In this document: piece after piece, positions 39,730-50,860 of the stretch
Layout: every line of letters begins with the position of its first letter
Position numbering within the stretch: position 1 is the first letter of the stretch
NCBI RefSeq assembly: GCF_009834535.1
Contig: NC_045707.1
Coordinates: 47,990,001 to 48,054,000 of the forward strand
Direction of reading: 5' to 3'
Source: Camelus ferus
Lineage: Eukaryota
Length of the DNA: 64,000 bases
Position numbers and translations under genes: made by a program
Notes under the pieces: model-generated
Told to the model about the DNA's origin: nothing
What the model saw: only the letters and a program-made list of their open reading frames with translations
Database searches by the model: none

Positions 39730-41929
39730 CCATAAAGAAATCATTTATAGACCTCGTGTTTGGATGCACAGAGTAATGGAGTAGACCAGATGATTATTCC
39801 CCACGAGTAGAATCTAAAGTAGGAGGACTGTTTGTGCCACTGGTATGTAAACCTCACTTTTTAGGGAAATACAGAAGGGCTCCATAGTTCTGAAATCTGA
39901 ATGTGACTTCTTAGGGTTAAGGGAAAATTCAGAGAACTTGAAAACAGTTTAAACCTTTCAAATGAGGCTATTCAAGCCCTAGAGTAAATCAGAATGCCCA
40001 AGCCTTTAGGGCAGTCAAAGAGAGTTCTCAGACCCGAGACTTGAGGCATTAAGGACCTTGCCTTGTAACCTGATTGGTAAAAGCCTCTGCCTGCTTGTCT
40101 TATCTGCTATTCAGGTTAAGTCACATTGCCTTTAGTAATTTTTGATTTAGGCCTGGCTGGGGATGGATCTGTACTGTTTTGATTGTATCTGCTGGTTCTG
40201 ATGATCTCATTACTTTGTTAATTAAATTTTTAGCTTATTTTAATCTCTCTTTAATAGTTCACTTTTAACAGCAGGGAGGAGGAAGTAGCACCTCAGAGAA
40301 CAGCGTCTGCCCCAAAGGTGGTTCTGAAGCCTGCCTTCCTGTGCCTCAAATTATATCCTCTTGCCAGGCCTGTGGGAGAATCTTAAAGACCCAGGTTAAA
40401 AAAATTCATCCAGGTAATTTTGGACGACCATAGGCCTAAACTACACTTCTGGGGAAAAGTGCAAATAGCCTTAAAGCCTCTGGAATTTGCCAGAAAGGAG
40501 TGCCCCAGAGGCTGTTCCTAGACCAAAGGCAAGGTCTCTAGCACCACCTGCCACTGTCCTTACTGGTCTCCCCTTCCTGGTTCTCCCTCCCTCCCTCATT
40601 TGATTTCATTTGGGAATTATCTCTTCATCTCCTTTGCCCATTTTTGTTTGGCTGTACATAGATGTGCGTTTGTGTGTGTGTATTAATTGGTTTTTCTGTG
40701 TTGTTTATCACGTTGAGATATAATACTAGCTCTCTATTTGATCTCTTCAGGCAGAGGACAGACTCTGAAAGGATTCTTTTTAGGAATGATTATCTAGTAG
40801 CCATCTATTCTTGCCATTTTGTCCATATAATGTTAATGCAGGATATGTGCCCTGTTTTAGGTGAATGGGAAACGAAAAATCCAGCTCTTTGCTTATTCTG
40901 TCTAGGCTGACCCATTAAGGATATCAACTCTGTTAAACTTGAAAAAAATATTTTTGCTTAGTTGTCATTAGTCTTTTTTCTTTTGTTCATTGTGGGCTTT
41001 GGTGGCTAGACGTTTTAAATTTTCACGTAGTCAAATCTTTGCTTCTTATTAGGATGTATTTCCACATCAGAGTTTCTTGTACTACTTTAAAAACCAATTA
41101 GGAATATAAATTTTAAAATATACGATTAATATTAAAACTGTTTACTTTAAAGACACTCACATTATCGACATGTTTTGTGACCTTTTTTACTTTTTAACTC
41201 AAAAATTTTATTTTCTTCTTCTGTATGATTTTCTTCTCGAAAATACATATTATAGAAATACATGTGTCTAAGTGTGTGTTATATATTTCACCATTTGCAA
41301 TATTTTCCTCCTCTAAAAAAAACAAAGTTTAAATATAATATATAACTATATATTATAGATGTAATTATATATTATATATCCATAATTATGTTATTATATA
41401 TAATTATCATATAAAATGTAACTACATAGCCCAAATCAACACAGTGTTTCCTGGTGTTTAGCAGTATGATAGTGGACTAACAGAGTCAGGAACTTGCTTG
41501 TCTGATCTCTACCACATGCCAGCTATGCGTACTTAATACTCTGTAGGAAACTCTAGAAACTTCCTTTTTCTCTTTCTCTTCTTTCCCAAAAAAAGTCAGT
41601 CCTAAAGCAGTTAAGGAGAACTGAGCAAGGTAGGCATGAGCTTCAGGGCAGGGTTGTGGAGGACAGGGAGTTGGAGTGCTCCAGAGGTTATGTCAGAGCT
41701 CAAGTGGAGGAGGAGGACATAGATCTACCCCCACTTAATACTTATAATGAAAAACAAAAACAAAAACCTTAGTTCAGGGTCCATAGGTGGGGGAGAATAT
41801 TTCATATTCTTATCAAGAAGTTAACTATTTAATAGGAAGCCTTTGTTATTTTGGATTCTGTTGGTTGTAAGGGATAATAACTAAACTAGCTTAAGGGGAA
41901 AAAAGGAACTTACAAGAAGGCTTTGGGGA

Positions 41930-43254
41930 CAGCATGTAAATCAATGAAGTTAGAACACTCCCTCATACAATACACACAAATAAATTCAAAATGGCTTAAA
42001 GACTTAAATATAAGACAAATAAATGATAGATATCCTAGAAGAAAACATAAGCAAAACATTCCCTGACATAAATTTTAGCAATGTTCTACTAGGGCAGTCT
42101 ACCCAGGCAATAGAAATAAAAGCAAAAATTAACAAATGAGACCTAATTAAACTTATAAGCTTTTGCACAACAAGGGAAACCTTAAGCAAAACAAAATGAC
42201 AACCTATGGACTGGAAGAAAATATTTGCAAATGATATGACTGACAAAGGTTTAATTTCTAGAATATATAAACAGCTCATACAACTTAATAACAAAAACAA
42301 ACAACACAATCCAAAAATGAGCAGAAGATCTCCACAAGCAATCCTTCAATGAAGACATACAAGTGGCCAATAGGCACATGAGAAAATGCTCAATATCACT
42401 AATTATCAGAGAAATGCAAATCAAAACTACAATGAGGTATCACCCATATCAGTCAGAATGGCCATCATTCAAAAGTCTACAAACAATAAATACTGGAGAG
42501 GCTGTGGAGAAAAGGGAACCCTTTTGCACCATTGGTGGGAATGTAGTTTGGTGCAGCCACCGTGGAAAACAGTATGGAGATTCCTCAATAAACTAAAAAT
42601 AGACTTACCATATGATCCAGCAATCCTACTCTTGGGCGTATATCCGGACAGAACTCTAATTCAAAAAGATACATGCACCGAGTGTTCATAGCAGCACTAC
42701 ATACAATAGCCAAGACATGGAAACAACCTAAATGTCTACCAACAGATGACTGGATAAAGAAGTTGTGGTATATCTATACAATGGAATACTACTAAGCCAT
42801 AAAAAAGAATAAAATAATGCCTTTTGCAGCAACATGGATTGACCCAGAGATTGTCATTCTAAGTGAAGTAAACAAGAAAGGAAAGAAAAATACCGTGTGA
42901 TATCACTCATATGTGGAATCTAAAACAAAGAAAAAAAGAGGACACTAATGGACTCATCTACAAAACAAACAGACTTGCAGACATAGTAAACAATATTATG
43001 GTTACCAGGGGGAAAGGGGTAGGAAGGGATAAATTTGGGAGTTTGAGATTTGCAAATGTTAGCCAATAAATATAAAAATAGATTTAAAAAACCTAACTTT
43101 CTTCTGTATTCAATATCTTATAATAACCTTTAATGGAAAAGAATATATGTATATACATGCATGACTGGGACATTGTGCTGTACACCAGAAATAGACACAT
43201 TATAACTAACTATACTTCAATAAAAATTTTTAAAAAAATTCAATTAAAAAAAAA
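41930..43254 (+). mobile_element. 5'-truncated LINE-1 (ORF2 C-terminal region, 3'UTR, poly(A))
   Basis: Frameshifted ORF2 motifs ([54 protein letters not shown]); TSD AAGGCTTTGG[G/A]GA at 41917-41929 and 43255-43267. Confidence 0.92.
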
Positions 43255-43829
43255 AAGGCTTTGGAGATCTCTCACAGAATCTGAGAAGGTAAACAACCAA
43301 GTCCCAGGAAAAGCCAGAATGCAGTGGAGCCCTCAGGAGCAACTCAAGTCAGGAGCTTAAATGTCCCCAGGAAGTTCTCTATGCCTTTCATCTGTTTCTC
43401 TTTGCAATGCATTCTCAGTTTCTCTTTCAGTGTTCTTCACATGGTAGGAGAAAAAATGACCGCCAAAAGATTCAAAATTTTTCTTATACACATACAACAC
43501 AGGAGAAAAACCATCTTGAGTTCCAGTGTCTCCAGGTCCAGAAATTCTCGTGAATGAACTCCTTGGCCAGCTCAGGCACCCAGTCATGGCTGCTCCTGCA
43601 ACCATGGAGTCATGAGAGAATGAGGTAATGAGGGAGTATTTGAGGGATTTCCAGAATGGAGATGCTGTGCAGATAACCCATACACATCTAGTATGTAGAA
43701 CTTACTACTTATCTCCACCTCTTAGGGCTATAGGTGATCAGTTCTGCTTTAAACTTACTGCTAGTTAGCACTGTTCTCTGCAAATGACTACACTCAACTC
43801 TGATGGTGACCTAGGAAAAGGACAACATT

Positions 43830-44560
43830 TATAGAAGTGAGAATTTCTTGGTTAGTATGTTGCCTTCTATGTTACATGGTGTTTATAAGAAACCATCAAA
43901 AGTGGAGTGTAAGTATAAGCATATTTTTAATGAATAAATTCTACCAGTTACTTTCCCGAAAGATTTCCCTATAACTACATGAGCACTGGACCTCGTTCAT
44001 CTTTTTAATATTCATCAATCTGATAGGTAACAAATGGCATATTGTTTTGTTTTGCATTTTCCTGGCTACTAATAAGATTGCATATCTTCTGTATTTATTA
44101 TTCACTTCCTTTATTCTCTAATAAGTTGCCTGTTCTATATTTTGCCTATTTTTCTCTTGTTTTTTTTTTCAACTTGTTCTTTGTGTGAAGATAATTAATT
44201 TAATTTATTACATTTTATTTTTTATTTACTATATATTTAATATTAATGATACTTGTTTATTTGTCACATACATCACCATTTTTTTTAATTTTTTACCTAT
44301 AATGTGCATCAGCTTAGTTTATGTTTCTTACACCAAAATATCTTTTTTTATTTTTTTGTCAGATGTCTTAATCTTTTCCTTTAAGGATGCTTATCTTCCT
44401 GACTTACCTAAGAAAGTTTTCCTACCCCTCTCTACTCCTGTGGATCTGCACATGTTAAAGCTTTTCTTCTACTCACTTTTATTTTAGCAGTGTAGTCCAA
44501 ATGGATTTTATTTTGTATATGATGTAGCAGTCTTTCTTTCAGCTGGAAAACCATTATATA
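43830..44560 (-). mobile_element. Ancient L1ME-like fragment
   Basis: T-rich antisense ORF2-like text 'aatctgataggt...aaatggcatattgttttgttttgcattttcctggctactaat'. Confidence 0.55.
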
Positions 44561-47200
44561 AAATAAATAAATAAAATAAATAAATCCCCATCTCTCCAAA
44601 CATACCCCTCAGAGTGGTACACATTTTGTGTTAAGACTTCTTCCTGTGCACATATAATCCTTTGATACTTGTGTACGTGTAGTTATATGTACACACATAT
44701 CCATACACAAATAAACACTATATATTTAGCATGGTCTGTTTTTATTTTATTGTTCTTCAGCTTGCTTTCTTTGCTTAAAATGCTGAGAAGGAACTCCAAA
44801 CCAGTCATTCTTTTAAAAGGCATTTTTTAAAAGCATTCTATCTTAAGAATTGACAAGCCTGACTCATTAAGCCATAGCCAATTAACTGTTCCCAGCTGAA
44901 GAAGTCCCCAGGGGAAAATCTTCAACTGCCCCAGCTCTTCCAAGTACTGCTCTGAGTGGTGAGCCCAGTCTCTACAAAGTTCTTTACTCAGCTTCCCTTG
45001 GACAGAGTCACAGCATCTGCCTCTACAAAGAGGGCAACCTTCTACTGTGCCACCTTCAATCAGTAAGCTCGATAGTCTCTCAACATTCTGCGCTGGCTCC
45101 CTTTCTTCTTAATGAGTTGCAGATCTGACTTCTCCATTTAGTGCCTTGCATGAAAAAGAAGCATATAAAGCATAACTATTCCATTGCTGACTTTTTGAAT
45201 CTATGGGAGGTTTAGGGGTGTATACAGTTAAAAATAGCTGAAGACTCCTGCAATATTTATTGATCTCTCATCAATCTTTGATTCCATAGACAGGTACCAC
45301 TTAGCCAAGCCATATGATTTTGATATTGATTCAAGGTTTTTAATCTTCACTCAGAGCTTTTACTGCCATAGAATCTCAAGCAAGGTTCATTCATTCCTTA
45401 AGTATGTATTGATGCTACCATTTACCAAGCACTGTGTTAAGTGCTGTGGATATACCAGTGAGCAGAAGAGTCACAATGCTGGGTAGTTATGGACTTCCTT
45501 GAGCAAATTCTAATCCCAAATGTGATTAAAAGCATTCTCTGTCCTCAGTTCTCCTTTCAAGCAACTATTTAAATATCTGATGCAGATTTAGCCTCCCTTA
45601 TGTCCTCCTGCCATAAGAAACAACAAGCTCAGCCTCTTTTCCTAACTAGAAGAAAAGGTGTTTTATGCCACAGGCACCACCATAACACTTTTCAAATAAT
45701 TAGCGTCTTCCTAATAGAACCAGTTATATTGGTATATGTTACAGATAATTTGGTATTCAAGAATTATTTATTGAGCCCCTATTATATGTTAGACATGCTG
45801 TTCTAGGATCTAGACCCAGAAGCTATTTTTTGGGCCATGGACCTTTTTAGCTTAGGTTTATGAACTCTTTCCCAGAATGATATTTTTATAAATGCACAAA
45901 TGAAAATACATTGCATTGCAAAGGAAACCAATTGCCTTGTACCTTGGTTAACAATGTTAATTCATTTCTGCAGACCCTGCTGTTAAGTGAAGTCTTTAAA
46001 TTAAAAAAAAAAAATACTCCATTAATTCTAATGGGTAAATTTATTATGTATTACATCTTAACCTAAGACACCCAAACCATTTTCTTTGTTTGTTTGTTTT
46101 CAAACCATTTTCAAAGATTTAAATATATATATGTAATACAGATATAAAGATATGTATCATGTATATCCTCACACACATATATGTAATGAAGGTAATTTTG
46201 TATAAGCAATAATAAAGAATTTAAAAATTTGAAAGTAAGCAAACATAGTAACCCAGTGAAGGTTTATTGTACTCACCAAAGGAAGAAGAGATGATTGGAT
46301 AGTGAGTGATATATGTACAGGGAGGGAGTACGGGAGTTTGGAATTGAAAACCTCATTATTCTTTCTGCACAAATTTCTTCACAAGGTTTTCAGTCCTTTG
46401 AAATTGGAGATCATTATTATTGAGGTCAAATTTTGCTTAAAATAAGCTAAAAATTTATCTCTAGAGCAAAAATAAAAGCAAAACACATGCACACAACAGA
46501 CCAAAGTGTTGTAAGAAATGGAGATGCTATGTCTTCATCTCTTGTTTGCTGTTCACAGGCAAAGCAAACATGTTTGTGTTCATCCAAACATAGCAATTTG
46601 TTCTGATATAGATTTGTTCCCTATGATACTTTGACTACAGAAAACTCTGTTGAATGAATTGGTGAGTACTTCTTTGCCTGAGATCATAATATTGACTCAA
46701 TTTCTCACAGTATATGTACTTAGTGTATTTTGGGTAAAATTTTTCTTTATGATGGAAATAAAAAGAAGTTTGCCTAAGTTATATGACTTCTTAAGGGTTA
46801 TATTGCTGAAAGGTCATTAATTGAACATTCATTTGGTGAGGCACATCTGTTATTAGCTATTAGCATATTGATCTATAGACAAAACTTGAGGAAACCATGG
46901 ATTCGGGGAGAGGTTAAAAAAAAAAAAAACTGAACAAACAGACACAAATCCCCGCCTCTAAGGAGCTTATATTCTTCACAGTCTACATGGATGATAATTC
47001 CATTCGTGGGGTCAATTTGTGCAGCTCACAGAAGGTGCATTTTGTCCCTTATTTACGGTCCCATCACAACACAGTCCTCCTCAAAATCAAAGTCCCAAGG
47101 AAGTACAGTTATCCCATTAAAGGTTTATTTACTTAGATGTTTACCATATCCTCCAGAATCTTCTGTCATGATCATTTATTCCCTGCTACTTGACCTGGAT

Positions 47201-47420
47201 CAGGAATAGGCAAAGTATTGCCCAAGGGCTAAGTCCATTACCTCCTGTTTTTGCAGAGTTTGATTGGATCACACCCACTGCTGATTTTGTTTATGGCTAC
47301 TTCTGCACTGCAATAGCAGAATTGAATAAATGTGACAAAGATTCTGTAACCCACAAAGTAAAAAATATGTACTATCTGGCTCCTTATTTTAAAAAAAACA
47401 AACAAAGTTTGCCCATCCTG
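47201..47420. mobile_element. MER58A-like hAT-Charlie MITE
   Basis: TIRs 'caggaataggcaaa'/'tttgcccatcctg'; 8-bp TSD-like ACCTGGAT/ATCTAGAT. Confidence 0.75.
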
Positions 47421-47556
47421 ATCTAGATTACTAGTGTTTCAAGTACTGTTGAACATTTAAGCAGATCTAAAGAAGCTTCTTAGGAGATGTGGCCTTGGTT
47501 ACAGATTTACTTATAGCTCTCCTATAAAGCAATCTTCCGGATAAGATTAACATCTT

Positions 47557-47694
47557 TTTAAAAAAATGTTTTTCTTAGGGGAGAGGTAATTGGGTTTATT
47601 TATTTATTTATCTTTTTAAAGGAGGTACTGGGGAATGAACCCAGGACCTCATGCATGCTAAGCAGGCACTCTACCACTGAGCTATATCCTCCCC
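47557..47694 (-). mobile_element. tRNA-Ala-derived SINE (camelid Vic-1-like)
   Basis: Reverse complement of the 35824 family; 16-bp TSD A[T/C]AAGATTAA[C/T]ATCTT at 47541-47556 and 47695-47710. Confidence 0.9.
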
Positions 47695-49738
47695 ACAAGA
47701 TTAATATCTTAAAGCAGTTTACAAGGTGCCTCAGGCTCTGGCCTCACATGCTTTTCCAGTCTTATCTTTGGTCTCTCTCCTCTTACTCTCCCTGTTAGGA
47801 CTACAGGGTTCTGCTTTTAGCAGACCTCTGTTCTCTCTGTAAATTGTTTCCTCAGTCTGGAGAGCAGCTCTCATCCCCTGCAGATCCCATCCAGGTTAAC
47901 TCGTCCTCATCTTCAGATTTCTGACTAAAGATTGGTTCTGTAGGAAGGATTTCTGATTGTCCTTCTGATCGTCCCTTTTTCCCATCCTTTAGGTTAGACT
48001 TTCATACCTCCTGTATTTCTTTTATACAACAATTTTCAGAATGGCAAATATATACTTCCTTAGACTGTTTAATTAATTTCAGTCTTCCTACCAGATTCCA
48101 TAAGGTTTGGAACAGGTCTATTCTATTTGTGGATGGGTCTTCAATGTTTAGCCGGTACCTTGTTGATCAATCTAATCTGTGGGATGAACTAACTCTATAG
48201 AACACTTATACATGAGATATTTAGCAGTGAACTTGTTCTTAGCTCTCATTGGGAATGACAAGTTAAGAATGTACTATCTAAAAAAAAAAAAAAGAATGCA
48301 CTACCTGAAGCATGTTTCCCTATATGTTTTATAAAATAATTAAAGTGTTTCCATATTATAAATTTATAAATTTATCAGAGTTTAATGTTACTACATTTTG
48401 TGTCTTTTTTTTTTTTTTTTTTTTTTAGTTAGCAAAAGCAATATACTTTATTGTGTTTCTCTTTTTCCTGGACACCAATAAGCTCAAAAGTAAGTGTATT
48501 GCTTATTTATAGCAACATTCTCCAAACTCTACTTTCTTTACATAGCTTATTAGACTTTTTATTTATTTATTTTAGAAAACCTGTTAAATATCTGCTTGTC
48601 AAGTTGCCTCAGTTTTGCCTAATTATATCTTGATCCTTTTTAAGACTCATAACTTTTCACATTGGAGTAAATCCAAAAAGTTGAAAAATAGCACCTCTCC
48701 GGTCTGAACAATTGCTAAGAATGGAAACTACAACCAGATTCCAGTGGTTCTAATTGTCCAGATTGAAATGATATGACTATCTTAGGTGTGGGGGAGAGTG
48801 GTGTCCTTGAAGTCACTTTAAAAAAACAAAAAAGCCAGCAGAATAAACTGGAGTCGGTTATCCATTTTTCATAGAGTTCGAACAACTTATTAATACTCTG
48901 TGGTAGCAACTAGACAAAACTTGGCTTCTCATGCCATACATACAGGGGATGGCCTTGCCTGTGCATATCTAGTTTGAAAACTTGAACCTGCTAGGTCACT
49001 GCTTGCTTCCCTGTAGGCTGGCTTTCAAGTTACTTCTCTTGCCTCCCTAAATATAGCAGAGGGAGTTGGAGGGAGGGAGGGATGGGAAAGGAGGTGACTT
49101 AAAAGAGCTCATCTGTTTGGGAGGTGGGGGAATTTAATCATAAGTTTGCACTCTCTTCAGATGATTAGACAATGAGTGTTTATAAAATCAAGAAAAATGT
49201 TTCTCCCCCCAGAGTTTTCTTTTCAAAGACTTCTCTGTGCACTCTGGCTAATTTAAAAAGAGCCCCATAGGGTGCTTATTTTTTTACACATATATTGCCA
49301 GAGTAGTTCCTGTTTTGGTTTAAATGTGTTCCTTCTTTTTACTCAGATGAAAGAGAACTTTCTTTAAAAAGGACTTGTCTGCTGACTTTGTTTGTTAGAA
49401 TGAGCCTAAATAAAGCTTCTGTTAAGGGTTTAACTGTTTAGCTAAATCCTCTCAGCTAAATTATCTGGCAGATTTTCATTCATTGTTGGACGATGTAACT
49501 TGAGTGTTCTTATTACCCACTTTCCTACCTGAAATTTCTGCCTCAGCTGAGGACTCCTCTGAAGAGAATGTCTGGAGGAAAGAGCTTTTTTCTCTCAATT
49601 CAGTTGGCTTATTCTTTGTGCAGTTGATGTTGGGGTGTGGGTGTGTGAATATGTGAGGCACCAAAAGTGAGCAAATCATTAATTCTGCAGCAGGCAATGG
49701 CCTGGGAGAGGAGTGGCTGGGTCAACCTATGGAGAAAT

Positions 49739-50292
49739 TGTTACCCCAAAAGGGGAAGGGAAAAGACCCAAGTTCTTGCCTTACCTGAAGTATATGAATT
49801 CAGACAGGATATGGAGTGTTGTGTAATGAAAGATTTTAAAGGATTTATTTAGCAAAGGGAAAGTACACCTCTAAGAATGGGAGGCGGGCTGATCCAAGGG
49901 AGGAAAAGCGGCGGTCTTTGCCCCTTCTCTTATACCCTGGCTTAGAGGTGGTCTTTTGATTGATTGATGGCTCTTGCCCCTGGAGTGCTTAGTCATGTTT
50001 GTCCTCTTTCTGCATGTCTTTACCCATGATTCACTCAGAAAAACCCATGGGGGTGGAGGGCCTAAACCTAATGCTAATTATATTACAGTGAGCATTGGGT
50101 TATGTCCAGTTAGGTCCTTCTCACTACCTCACAGTTTCGGCTATCAGGTTCTAACTTGGGTTTCTTGCTGACGCTCTTTTAGAGGAAGTAAAGCCCCTTT
50201 ATGCTGGAGGCGGGTATAATGCCATCTTGCAGACCATCATCTCTCTCCTCCACTTTATCTGCCTGGTGCCCCACTCATCTAACTACCTAACA
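49739..50292 (-). mobile_element. ERV1-class solo LTR (554 bp)
   Basis: TGTTA...TAACA termini; perfect 4-bp TSD AAAT at 49735-49738 and 50293-50296; minus-strand TATAAG at ~49930 and AATAAA at ~49845. Confidence 0.8.
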
Positions 50293-50489
50293 AAATGACA
50301 TCTCAAAGCCTTTAGAGAGGGTAGAAAAATGTCTAAAGGGGAGAGGCTGTGGAAAGGGGAGGTAGAAGAAGCCCCCAAAGTTGGCCCCTGTCAGCCTAAC
50401 GTTAAGCTTTCTTAATGCGGAATTTTATTCAAGAGGAAAGATAGAACAGGAGGAAGGAAGGAAGCAAAGAAGGAAGGAAGAAAGGAGTT

Positions 50490-50860
50490 CCTTGATACAT
50501 GCTGATGACTGATGAAACTCAAAAACATTAAAACGTGAAAAAAAAAAAAAAAGAAACTCAGAAACATTATCCTGAGTGAAGCAGGCAGATACAAGAGACC
50601 ACATATTGTATGATTTCATTTATATAAAATGTCCAGAATAGGCAAACCTATAGAGATAGAAAGTAGGTTAGTGGTTTCCTGGGACCGGCAGGGCCAGGGG
50701 TGAGATAGAGATTTTGTTGAGGGAGATGAAAATATTCAGAAACTGATTATGGGGATGGCTGCACAACTTGGTAAATTAACTCAAAATCATTGAATTGTAC
50801 AATTGAAATGGGTGAATTTTATTATATGTAAAATGTGTCTCAATAAAGCTCTTTTTAAAA
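50490..50860 (+). mobile_element. L1MB/MC-like 3'UTR fragment
   Basis: 'accacatattgtatgatttcatttatataaaatgtccagaataggcaaa...tgaattgtac...tctcaataaagct'. Confidence 0.8.

Noticed and set aside
41330..41420. AT-rich (TA/TAA) low-complexity tract
   Set aside because: Degenerate simple repeat with no specific structure
48358..48375. Perfect 18-bp palindrome ATAAATTTATAAATTTAT
   Set aside because: A/T-only and internally repetitive; plausible by chance or slippage in AT-rich DNA
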